Below are positions 9,201-17,841 of a stretch of 64,000 bases of DNA, piece after piece. The translations under genes and the position numbers were made by a program. The stretch's first letter is position 1. Every line of letters begins with the position of its first letter. This DNA is from Fibrobacterota bacterium (lineage in GTDB: Bacteria; Fibrobacterota; Fibrobacteria; UBA11236): assembly GCA_023249635.1 (NCBI GenBank), contig JAHFCH010000003.1:36617-100616 (forward strand), in the 5' to 3' direction. The notes beneath the pieces were generated by a model that saw nothing but the letters and a program-made list of their open reading frames with translations, did no database searches and was not told the DNA's origin.

Positions 9201-10028
9201 ATGATCGACGTTTACCAGTATCTGGATTACCGGAAGCTGCTCAAGGACCTTTACCAGGAACGGAAGACGGCCAACGCCAATTTCTCCTACCGGTACATCA
9301 GCCTCAAGACGGGCATCCGTTCCTCGGGCTATTTCGCCAACATCCTCTCCGGCAAGAGCAACATTTCGCTTAAGCTCGTGCTCAAGCTGTCGCAACTGTT
9401 CGGGCTCAAGCGCCCGGAAGCCGAGTATTTCGAATTGCTGGTGCTCTTCAACCAGTCCAAGACCCACGACGAGAAGAACCACCTTTTCGACCGCATCCTC
9501 AAGCTCAAGAAATCGAAGATCAAGACCCTGCTGCCCGAGTACCATGAGTACTTCGGCAACTGGTATTACGTGGTCATCCGCGAGCTGCTGGATTTCCATG
9601 CCTTCAGCGGGGATTACGACGAGCTGGCGCGGCGCCTGTCGCCGCCCATCACGCCCAAGGAAGCCGAACGCGCCATCACCGTGCTCGAGAACCTGGGATT
9701 GATCCAGAAGAACCCGAAAGGCGTTTACGAACGCCTGGATGCGCTGGTGACTACCGGCGAAGAGGTGCAATCCACCGCCATCGTCAACTTCCAGAAGCAG
9801 ACCTTGGATCTGGCCAAGCGCTCCTTCGATCTGGTGCCTAAGGAAGCCCGGGACATTTCCACGCTTACCGTGAGCATCTCCAGCAAGAATCTGCAACGCA
9901 TCCGCGAACGCATCCGCAACGTACGCCGCGAGATCCTGGAACTGGCCAAGGCCGATCCCTTTACGGATACGGTGTACCAGCTCGAGTTCCTGGCCTTCCC
10001 CGTGACCCAGCCCAAAGAAGGGCTATAA
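9201..10028 (+). CDS. TIGR02147-like protein (family first defined from Fibrobacter succinogenes paralogs)
   Basis: Start MIDVYQYLDYRKLLKDLYQERKTANANFSYRYISLKTGIRSSGYFANILSGKSNIS...EAEYFELLVLFNQSKTHDEK matches my memory of the TIGR02147 N-terminus (M..Y.DYR.FLKD.Y..RK....FS.R.FS.K.G..S.....V..GKRN.S). Start taken at internal Met, not the GTG at 9048. Confidence 0.6.
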   Translation: MIDVYQYLDYRKLLKDLYQERKTANANFSYRYISLKTGIRSSGYFANILSGKSNISLKLVLKLSQLFGLKRPEAEYFELLVLFNQSKTHDEKNHLFDRILKLKKSKIKTLLPEYHEYFGNWYYVVIRELLDFHAFSGDYDELARRLSPPITPKEAERAITVLENLGLIQKNPKGVYERLDALVTTGEEVQSTAIVNFQKQTLDLAKRSFDLVPKEARDISTLTVSISSKNLQRIRERIRNVRREILELAKADPFTDTVYQLEFLAFPVTQPKEGL

Positions 10029-10172
10029 GCATATGCCCGGCGGAACGACGCCGACGTAGCCTTGGGGTTACCCCGACGCTATCCGGCGGGGATGCCGGTT
10101 ATCACCGGTTTTCAGACGGAAAACGCTTTCTTCTTCCCCCGCCGCCGCCCGCATCAGTGCCCGGGGTACCTT

Positions 10173-11402
10173 ATGCCCATGTTGGAACGCACGGCAGGGG
10201 GGCTGGCGTCCGCGTTGGCAGTCGCCGTGATGCTCTGTGGGGCTACGGAAACGGTGCAAGCGGGCGTGCTCATCAAGGGCAGGGTACTGGAGCGGGCCAA
10301 TCTCGATCCCGTTCCCGGCGCGTCGGTTTCCCTCAAGTCCCTGGGGCTTTCGGCGCTCACGGATGCCAAGGGCGTCTTCAATCTCGTTTCGGGCGTGTCC
10401 GCCGTCCGGGAGTCCCCGCCTCTCGGGGAACACCCCACACCTTCCGGGCGGCGGGCTTCAGTGCATATCCGGCTCTATCCGGCGGGATCCCGCGGGATCG
10501 CGGGATCCCATGACGCCTCCGGGCGCGCATGGCCGGCGACAGCAGGTCCGGCTGCCGCCGGAGGGCTTTCCAAAGCCGCCGCCCCAGGTAGCGTTGAAGT
10601 TACCTGCGCGGGCCTGCTCGCGAAGCAGGTAGAGGCCGGCAAGGATACCCTCGATCTGGGGGATATCATCCTGGATTATCCAGCGCGTAAATTCGACCTG
10701 GGCGTGAAGCCCATCTACGGCGCCATCCCCCTCTTCGACGGGACCCGCGCCAAAATGGATGGGGGATGGGAACATTGGATGGGCACGTATCGCAAAACCA
10801 ACGGTTTAAGCCCCACGCCCCTGGTATGGAAATTCGTAGCGGATCCCGTGGATAGCGGTATGACCATGCAGACCTGTTGCCGCGCGCAATGGGGCGACGA
10901 AGATCTGGTGACCAAGCGGAAGTTCCGGGACTTCCAACTGCACGTGGAATTCAACCTGATCGCTCCGCGGGCGGGAACCACCGACCCGGCCAACAGCGGC
11001 GTGTACCTGCAAAGCCTGTACGAGATCCAGATCAAGGACGATTACGGCCTCGCAACATTGGGCAACCACGATATGGCCGGCATCCTCAACGAAGTCGCCG
11101 CGCCCGTGAATCTGGCGCGACCCAAGGGGCAATGGCAATCCTACGATATCACCTTCCGCGCGGCCCGTTTCCAGACCGGCGCCCGCAGCGAAAAGGCCCG
11201 ACTGACCTTGTACTGGAACGGCAAGCTGGTACACCGGGATAAGGAAACCGCCAACGAGCACAATACCGGCGTCAGCAGCGATTCCCTGACTGACGTTCCC
11301 CATGGCCTCAAGCTCCAAAGCGAAGGCCACGACGTCCGCTTCCGCAACGTGTGGATCAAGGAATTGGTCCTGACCCAACCCTCCACCGACCTGGGATTCT
11401 GA
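10173..11402 (+). CDS. secreted two-domain protein: carboxypeptidase-regulatory-like (CarbopepD_reg) domain plus DUF1080 domain
   Basis: Signal peptide MPMLERTAGGLASALAVAVMLCGA. VLIKGRVLERANLDPVPGASVSLKSLGLSALTDAKGVFNL is the CarbopepD_reg-like beta-sandwich. GLKLQSEGHDVRFRNVWIKEL is the DUF1080 signature. Paralog of 12827..14305. Confidence 0.7.
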   Translation: MPMLERTAGGLASALAVAVMLCGATETVQAGVLIKGRVLERANLDPVPGASVSLKSLGLSALTDAKGVFNLVSGVSAVRESPPLGEHPTPSGRRASVHIRLYPAGSRGIAGSHDASGRAWPATAGPAAAGGLSKAAAPGSVEVTCAGLLAKQVEAGKDTLDLGDIILDYPARKFDLGVKPIYGAIPLFDGTRAKMDGGWEHWMGTYRKTNGLSPTPLVWKFVADPVDSGMTMQTCCRAQWGDEDLVTKRKFRDFQLHVEFNLIAPRAGTTDPANSGVYLQSLYEIQIKDDYGLATLGNHDMAGILNEVAAPVNLARPKGQWQSYDITFRAARFQTGARSEKARLTLYWNGKLVHRDKETANEHNTGVSSDSLTDVPHGLKLQSEGHDVRFRNVWIKELVLTQPSTDLGF

Positions 11403-11442
11403 CCGATTTAGGGGGTTTCACCGCCCGCGCCAAAGGGGTACA

Positions 11443-12816
11443 ATGGGCCCGATGGCAATGACGCAGCCCGACATCGGCGCGCGGGTCAAGGCCCAGTACG
11501 AAGCCTTCCCGTATCCGCATTACCCCCTATGGATCCCGCTGGGATCGCAGGAAGCCTACGCCTCCAATTCCCTGTTCGCCGCCCGCCTGTCCGATCAGGG
11601 CGGAGGCAGTCCCGCCATACGGCGCGGAGTGGCTCCGCGGGTACTGCTGGCAGGGTGCGGCGACGTGTTCCCCTACATGGCGACTTTTTGGGAACCGCGG
11701 GCCCATCGGCTTACGGCCCTGGATCTTTCCGCCCGCAGCCTGCGGCGCGCCCGGCTGCGCTGCCTGCCGCGCCTGCGGGGAATCGAGTGGCGCCAGGGTA
11801 ACCTGGAAGATACGGAGGCGGATTTATCCGGCGATTGGTCGCATATCGACTGCTACGGCGTGCTGCACCATCTGGCCGACCCGGGTCGGGTACTGCGCCG
11901 TTTCGGAGCCCTGCTTGCGAGCGGGGGCACCGCGCGCATCATGGTCTACAATAGCGGGGCCCGCGCGTGGATCCGCCACCTGCAAAAGGCTTTCGGGCTT
12001 TTGGGGCTTACCGCTTTCGATCGCGGGGAGCGGGAAGCCGCCCGCGGTTTGCTGGATGCCTTGGCGGCCTTATCTCCCGGCCTGGCCGCCCGCTTCGCTC
12101 ACATGCCCGGGGACTCCTTCGCCAATCCAGCCCGCTTCGTGGATACCTTCCTGCACGCGCGGGAAGCCCGCCTGGGCGCATCCTACTGGCAGGGGGCCAT
12201 CGCGGCCGCGGGTTTGCGGGTGACGGGGCTGTTCGATCGCTACGGAGAGTTGGACGATCTGCCCAACCCCCTGCTGCGACCGCCTGCCCTGGCCGATTTG
12301 GAAGCGCGCATCTCTGACAGGCGCTTCGAGAATAATCTGGAACTGTACTTGGCCAAGCCGGGAACCGCCGGGGATGCGGGACCCGGGGCCATGCGCGCGT
12401 TACCCTCCCCGCAGGCCTGGAGGCCACCGCCCCGGGTCTGGTCGGGATTTCCGGAAATCGACGCGCTCACCCGCGGCCAACGGCGCCGCGTCTGGGCGCA
12501 TGGCATCGCCCGACTTTCCGGTTTGCCCGCCGCGCCGGCCGATGCCTGGGCGGGTATAATGCCGCCGCGCGCGTTGCAAAGGTTGGCGCGCCTGGGAGCG
12601 CTGTTCCCGGATGATTTCCGCAGCGCGGAGTTGCGGGCCTTGCTCATCGACCCGATGGAAGACTTCATGGAACCACCGGAAACCGTTGCCCCGGGAGCGG
12701 TGCGGCAGGATCGCGGCCTACGCGCGCGGGTAGAAGCCCTGCTCCGGGAACGCGGGCGCGATGGGAAGCTGCTGGAAGCGGTTATGCGCCGCCTGGACGC
12801 GGCGCAGCGGCCTTAG
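11443..12816 (+). CDS. class I SAM-dependent methyltransferase with a ~250-aa C-terminal extension of unknown function
   Basis: RVLLAGCGDV (motif I, GxGxG-like), LTALDLSARSL, and WSHIDCYGVLHHLADP (motif II/III region) fit the Rossmann methyltransferase fold. The C-terminal half has no recognisable domain. Confidence 0.6.
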   Translation: MGPMAMTQPDIGARVKAQYEAFPYPHYPLWIPLGSQEAYASNSLFAARLSDQGGGSPAIRRGVAPRVLLAGCGDVFPYMATFWEPRAHRLTALDLSARSLRRARLRCLPRLRGIEWRQGNLEDTEADLSGDWSHIDCYGVLHHLADPGRVLRRFGALLASGGTARIMVYNSGARAWIRHLQKAFGLLGLTAFDRGEREAARGLLDALAALSPGLAARFAHMPGDSFANPARFVDTFLHAREARLGASYWQGAIAAAGLRVTGLFDRYGELDDLPNPLLRPPALADLEARISDRRFENNLELYLAKPGTAGDAGPGAMRALPSPQAWRPPPRVWSGFPEIDALTRGQRRRVWAHGIARLSGLPAAPADAWAGIMPPRALQRLARLGALFPDDFRSAELRALLIDPMEDFMEPPETVAPGAVRQDRGLRARVEALLRERGRDGKLLEAVMRRLDAAQRP

Positions 12817-12826
12817 GCCCGTCCCA

Positions 12827-14305
12827 TCAGTAGCCGAGATTGGTTTCCGCCGTGGCCAGGTTCAGGTCCTTGGCCCAGATGTTCCGGTAACGAACGTCCG
12901 AGCCTTCGCTCTGGAGCTTGAGGCCGAACAAGGTGGGGCCCAGGGGTTCGCCGCTATGCTGGTCGGCCCCGATGCCCGTAGCGGAACCATGCGCCTGACG
13001 GTTCTTATGCACCTGCACCCCGTTCCACCATACCGAGATGAAGGCATCCTCGAGCTTCTTCCCGGCATTGTCGTAACGGGCCGACCGGAACGTGATATCG
13101 TAGGCCTGCCATTTGCCGTTGGGACGGTTCACGTTGGCGGTAGGCGCGTAATCGTCCACGATGCCGCCCAGATCATGGTTGCCGGGCAAGGTATTCTTGT
13201 CCTGGGAAAAGGCGCGCACCTGGATCTCGTAGCGGCTTTGCAGGTATACGCCGCTATTGTAATAGCCGGGCTTGCGCGGCGACTCGTCGATGGCGTCTCC
13301 GGCATTGGCGTTCTCGTTGGCGTCATATTCGCCCATGCCCATGAACTCGACGTGCAACTGCGCGTCGCCATGCGTCCTTATGGCCTGGATATCGTCGTAG
13401 CCCCATAGCTGGCTGCAGCAGGATTGCAGAGTGACCCGGTTGGTATCGGCCGGGAACTCAGGATCCTTGGCGATCTTGAATTGGTCCCGCGCCGCCGTGT
13501 ACTTCGCCAGTTCGGCGCCCGTTACCGCCGGGATCCAGTCCTTCCAATTCGCTTTCAGTTCGGCCTGCGCCGCGGCCTTGCCTTTGCCGCCGTCGAAAAG
13601 CACGTAGGCGCCGTAGATGGCCGGCGCGCCCACGTCCAGCTTGCGCGCCGGATAGTCGAGCACGATATCGCCCAGATCGGCATCGTCGGCGGCGAAGGCG
13701 ACGGTCTTCTTGAGCAACTTATCGCAGGTAACATCTACGTTACCTGACGCGGCCTTGGCCAGGGCGGCGACGGGGAGCGCCCGGGAACCTTGATCAGGAG
13801 CGCCGGAAGCGGTAGACCAATGCAGGCCCTCCGGCCCGCGCAGGCTGAGGATGCGCATCACCCAGGATGCCCCGCCGGTGGTGATGCGCGCGAAGCCCGA
13901 GAAATCCGTTCCCTTGGGAGGCAACACATCCATCCGGTTGACTCCCGCTTCGGCGGTCGCGTAAAGGCGATCGGAAACGGCTTGCCCGGACAGGCCGAAC
14001 AATTCCACCCGCACGCTTTGTCCCGGCGCGGCCGCTTCCACCCATAAGGCGCCATCGCGAAAGCGGGGCGCGGAAAGGGCGATCGGCACTCCTGAAAGGG
14101 CGGTAGCGGTTCCCGAGAGGGTGAACCGTCCCGCGGTGTCGGTAGTGGCCTTAAGGCTGCCTCCGGCGACTTGCACCAGGGCCCCGGGCACGGGCTTCAT
14201 GCCGGCCTTCTCCAATACGCGGCCCTTGAGGTTGTAAGTCTGTGAGTTCCCGAGGCCGAGGCCAAGACCAAAGAGGATCAATAGAGCGATACGAAGATGT
14301 GACAT
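12827..14305 (-). CDS. secreted CarbopepD_reg-like plus DUF1080 two-domain protein (paralog of 10173..11402)
   Basis: Signal MSHLRIALLILFGLGLGLGNS. LKGRVLEKAGMKPVPGALVQVAGGSLKATTDTAGRFTL and GLKLQSEGSDVRYRNIWAKDL match the domain order and near-identical C-terminus (TNLGY vs TDLGF) of the upstream paralog. Confidence 0.7.
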   Translation of the reverse strand: MSHLRIALLILFGLGLGLGNSQTYNLKGRVLEKAGMKPVPGALVQVAGGSLKATTDTAGRFTLSGTATALSGVPIALSAPRFRDGALWVEAAAPGQSVRVELFGLSGQAVSDRLYATAEAGVNRMDVLPPKGTDFSGFARITTGGASWVMRILSLRGPEGLHWSTASGAPDQGSRALPVAALAKAASGNVDVTCDKLLKKTVAFAADDADLGDIVLDYPARKLDVGAPAIYGAYVLFDGGKGKAAAQAELKANWKDWIPAVTGAELAKYTAARDQFKIAKDPEFPADTNRVTLQSCCSQLWGYDDIQAIRTHGDAQLHVEFMGMGEYDANENANAGDAIDESPRKPGYYNSGVYLQSRYEIQVRAFSQDKNTLPGNHDLGGIVDDYAPTANVNRPNGKWQAYDITFRSARYDNAGKKLEDAFISVWWNGVQVHKNRQAHGSATGIGADQHSGEPLGPTLFGLKLQSEGSDVRYRNIWAKDLNLATAETNLGY

Positions 14306-14320
14306 GCGGGAAAAGGTATC

Positions 14321-15214
14321 CTACCGGCCGGATACCAGAGCGGGTTTTCCCGCGCCGGGCGCGGCTTCCGCTTTCCATCCGAAAGCGGATTTCCCCGGCC
14401 ACCATCTGCCGGAGGCGAGCCAGCCCCCACAGGTAGGCTTGGCCGCCCGGGAGCCCTGTAACGGCAGGGCCTGCAGGGCGACCGAGGGCGGACCCGTACG
14501 GGTATAGATGCGCACGTAATCGACCTCGTACACGCCCGGCCAGGGTGTAGTGGCATCGGGAATTCCGATCCAACTGTCCCCGCCCACCATCAGCTCCAGG
14601 GCCCAGCACATCTCCATGCGCAATTGCGGCGCCACCGTCTTGTCGCGCAGCTTGACCACCCCGTCCACGTAGAAGATCAACTCGTCCGCGTTCCATTCCG
14701 TACCCAAGGTATGCCATTCGGTGGCCAGGTTGGTTCCGGTCCAGGCGCCGCCGGGCGCGGCGCTCGCGGTATGCAGGTACCAATAAGGATGGTTGGGCTC
14801 CTCGCCCCGGGTCTCGATGATGTCCAGCCAAGGCGGATAGCCCCCGCCCGCCTTGATGCCGGTCAGCTTGGCGGAGAAGCCCTTGCCGTTGGGAACCTTG
14901 ATGCGCGCTTCCATGTAGCCGTACATTTGGTGGAACTTGTTTTTGTTGTTGATGGCGGCGCCGGCGTAAGTCTTCCCCTGGCCCGCGCGTTTCTCCCCCA
15001 CCAGCTTCAAGCTGCCGTCGGAGAGGCGCACGTTGGCGGGATCGGGCCAACTGCCGGGGCCGGTCGCCTCGAGGGCGTAGCCGTTGTTCCACTTAGACGC
15101 GTCCAGGGTGGCGCCTTCGAACTCGTCCTGGAAGGTGAGCTTCCAGGCTGAATGGGCAGGGGGATCGGCCAGCAGCGGGGAGGCGGCGCAGGCGAGGGCG
15201 AGGAAACGTCTCAT
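14321..15214 (-). CDS. glycoside hydrolase family 16-like secreted protein (laminarinase fold; catalytic nucleophile possibly missing)
   Basis: Signal peptide. LTFQDEFEGATLDASKWN and GYMEARIKVP fit GH16. The expected GEIDIME block reads PPWLDIIE, where Trp appears to replace the first Glu. WPGVYEVDYVRIY is the typical C-terminal strand. Confidence 0.65.
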   Translation of the reverse strand: MRRFLALACAASPLLADPPAHSAWKLTFQDEFEGATLDASKWNNGYALEATGPGSWPDPANVRLSDGSLKLVGEKRAGQGKTYAGAAINNKNKFHQMYGYMEARIKVPNGKGFSAKLTGIKAGGGYPPWLDIIETRGEEPNHPYWYLHTASAAPGGAWTGTNLATEWHTLGTEWNADELIFYVDGVVKLRDKTVAPQLRMEMCWALELMVGGDSWIGIPDATTPWPGVYEVDYVRIYTRTGPPSVALQALPLQGSRAAKPTCGGWLASGRWWPGKSAFGWKAEAAPGAGKPALVSGR

Positions 15215-15230
15215 GCGGGTTACCTTGGGT

Positions 15231-17834
15231 TCAGGGGATCCAGGGCAGCGACGCGGAGGCCTTCCCCACCCCGTCCGCCGCGATTACCTGGTACATGCCC
15301 GCGGGAAGCGTGGCTCCCGCGGCGTCTCTTCCGTTCCAAACGATCTCATGCCCGCCCGGAGCGGACCCACCGCGCGCGGGGCGACTGCGTGCGGACCATA
15401 CCAAGCGGCCCCGGGAATCCAGCATGCGCACCAGGGCCTGCGGTCCCAAGCCTTCCAGGGCGATGCGCAGGGATCCGCCGATGCGCTGCAAGCGCAAGCG
15501 GCCCGCCGGTTCCGTAAGCGCCCGTCGCGCGATGCCGACCTTATGGATTTCGCCGTCATCCAATTGCTGCAGGAAGGCGACCAGTTGCGCCTTCTGCGAC
15601 GCGTTCAGTTGCGAAGTCTTGCCATGCTTGTCCCCGGCATTGGCGGCGCCGATCACGTCCATCAAGGTGGCGGCGCTTCCGTCATGCAGGTATGGCGGGG
15701 TATCCCAGATGCCTTTCAGGGTCGGCGTATCGAATCCCTGCAGGGTATCCTTGAGCCGATGGCCCGCCGACGGCTTGAGCGTGCCGACGTCGTGTACCAG
15801 GAATCCCTGGGGCGTAATGTGATCGGTGGAGGGCAACCCCGCCGCCGAGGGCATGGTGGCGGGGATGGGAAGGCGGCTATCGGTATACAGGGGCGGAATA
15901 TGACAGCGGGCGCATCCGGTTTCGGCACTGTTGAAGATGAGCTCGCCGGCCGCAGCCTCGGCGGTATAGGAGCCGTCGGCGCTCTTGTATGGGCTGGGAT
16001 TGACCTGGACCAGGCCTGCCACGTAGGCCGCGAGGGCGTCCAGGGAGGGCGAGACTCCCGCTTTGCGGTCGCCCAGGGTCTGGCTGCGCGTGCCCGCGTT
16101 GAAATCGGCGTCCGTCATGAAGCCCTTGCCTCCGAACGGCCCGCGCATGTCGTTCTCGAAATCCTGGATCTCGTCGAAGTTGGCGCTCCAATGCACCGGT
16201 CCGTGCGCCATGCCTCCGCGGCCGTTGAGCACCGTGGTACGGCGCAGGCCTTCGCCCCGATCGCTGAAATCCCAGACCCGTCCGTCGCTGCCGCCGTCCA
16301 AGTGGCATACCGCGCAGCTGATGTAGCCATTGAAACTCATCTGGGAATCGGCCGCGTTGTAGAAGATGCGTTTGCCTTGCAGCGCCTGGGGCGTCAGGGG
16401 CTCGAAGGCCGAGGTGGGGATGCTCCCCAGCGGACGCGATTGCACCGAGTCCTGGGCGATGGCGTCGCGATCATTGTACGGCGAAACGTCCCAGAGGGAA
16501 ACCGAGCGGCCCAGAAAGGCGTGCACGTAAAGGGTCTTGCTGCGGTTGTCCAAAGCCAGGCCGATAGGCGCGAGCCCCACCGCCTTGTTGCGCTCCAGCA
16601 CCGCGCCATGGTTGTAGGGATCGCGGGTCTGCCCCGAATTGGATCCTTCCAGGGACGAGAAGATCAGATCGCCCATGGCGTTGTACACCGAAGCCGAGGC
16701 CATGGAAGCATTGTCGAAATCGTTGCGCTCCCCGGGCAGGTCCACGTTATTCACGAGATCGAGGTACGCCAGGCCCGTGCGCGCGGTATTCTCCGCGATC
16801 AGATCGACCCCGCTCAGGTAACGGCCGCGTTGGGTATTATCCTTCACCGCCGAAATCAAAGCGCGGGTGCCGTCCGGTGAAATCACGATGGAGGCCAGGT
16901 AATTGAATACGCCTCCGCCCCCGGTCTCGGTATCGGGCGTGGTATCGTAGGCCAGGTTGAAGGTGCGGACCTTCGCGAAAGCGGCCGCATCGACCTCCCA
17001 GACCTCGGCGTGATCCGCCGGGGACATGAAGCGCGTGACCAGGATGCGCGCCCCGTCGCCGCTCACCGCCAGGGCCCGGGGCGCGGGTCCCAACGCGATC
17101 TGCCCCAGTATCGTGCGGGTTACGGGATCGATTCTCGCCAGTTTTCCCGATCCTTCCAGGGAAACGTAGGCCATGGTGCCCGCGGGATTGAATACGATGC
17201 CGTTGGGACGCGAACCGTAGCCCATCGCCAAGGTCGCGAGTACATGCCCATCCGCCGCGGCATGCACGGTGACGGTTCCCGAGCCCCGGTTGGCCGTCCA
17301 GATGCTGCCGTCCGGCGCCCGCGCCAGGGTGAACGGGGCGACACCGCTGGAGACCTCGAAAAGCAAGGTCTTGGCCCTGGCGTCGAGCGCGGCAATGGTG
17401 CCGTGATCGGGATTGGTGCACCATAGCCTGCCGGCCGCCGTATCCAATACGATGGTGGATGAATGGGTCGGGGCTATGGCGGTGGGACGGGTATGCACCG
17501 TGATGGGCAGGAAGGCGTTCACGAATTCGCCTTCGGCGTTCTTGACGTAGATGCTGGCCCGGTAATGCCCCGGCTGCCCATAGGCGTAGGCCGCGGAGGA
17601 TGCCTGGACGTAGGCGGTGGCGGCGCTGCTGTCCCCGAAGCGCCACCGGTAGGTGAGCGCCGGGCTTGCGGTGTCGTGCGCAGTAACGGTGAAACGAATG
17701 GTATCGCCCACGAAAGCATCGCTGGGAGAAGCCTCGGGTCCCGCGGTAATGACGGGGGCCGTCCAGGCCGGTACGGCGAGGAACAGGGCGGCCCAAAGAC
17801 GGAATAAAAGGCGCAAACGCATGGGACTCGGCAC
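15231..17834 (-). CDS. large secreted multidomain protein: PKD domain, beta-propeller (YVTN/NHL-like), di-heme cytochrome c peroxidase-like domain, T9SS C-terminal sorting domain
   Basis: Signal peptide MRLRLLFRLWAALFLAVPAWTA. PKD-like segment FVGDTIRFTVTAHDT...YRWRFGDSS. Repeated GSIWTANRGSGTVTV-type propeller blades. Two CxxCH heme motifs (CAVCHLDGGSDGRVWDF and CARCHIPPLYTD) ~125 aa apart, as in the CCP/MauG family. C-terminus VRMLDSRGRLV...WNGRDAAGATLPAGMYQVIA is a T9SS CTD. Confidence 0.7.
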   Translation of the reverse strand: MPSPMRLRLLFRLWAALFLAVPAWTAPVITAGPEASPSDAFVGDTIRFTVTAHDTASPALTYRWRFGDSSAATAYVQASSAAYAYGQPGHYRASIYVKNAEGEFVNAFLPITVHTRPTAIAPTHSSTIVLDTAAGRLWCTNPDHGTIAALDARAKTLLFEVSSGVAPFTLARAPDGSIWTANRGSGTVTVHAAADGHVLATLAMGYGSRPNGIVFNPAGTMAYVSLEGSGKLARIDPVTRTILGQIALGPAPRALAVSGDGARILVTRFMSPADHAEVWEVDAAAFAKVRTFNLAYDTTPDTETGGGGVFNYLASIVISPDGTRALISAVKDNTQRGRYLSGVDLIAENTARTGLAYLDLVNNVDLPGERNDFDNASMASASVYNAMGDLIFSSLEGSNSGQTRDPYNHGAVLERNKAVGLAPIGLALDNRSKTLYVHAFLGRSVSLWDVSPYNDRDAIAQDSVQSRPLGSIPTSAFEPLTPQALQGKRIFYNAADSQMSFNGYISCAVCHLDGGSDGRVWDFSDRGEGLRRTTVLNGRGGMAHGPVHWSANFDEIQDFENDMRGPFGGKGFMTDADFNAGTRSQTLGDRKAGVSPSLDALAAYVAGLVQVNPSPYKSADGSYTAEAAAGELIFNSAETGCARCHIPPLYTDSRLPIPATMPSAAGLPSTDHITPQGFLVHDVGTLKPSAGHRLKDTLQGFDTPTLKGIWDTPPYLHDGSAATLMDVIGAANAGDKHGKTSQLNASQKAQLVAFLQQLDDGEIHKVGIARRALTEPAGRLRLQRIGGSLRIALEGLGPQALVRMLDSRGRLVWSARSRPARGGSAPGGHEIVWNGRDAAGATLPAGMYQVIAADGVGKASASLPWIP

Positions 17835-17841
17835 CGCCGGA

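Noticed and set aside
15084-16880. 598-aa plus-strand ORF antisense to the PKD/propeller/di-heme protein gene
   Set aside because: No motifs, Arg/Ala/Gly-rich. The opposite-strand gene has multiple coherent domains and a T9SS CTD.
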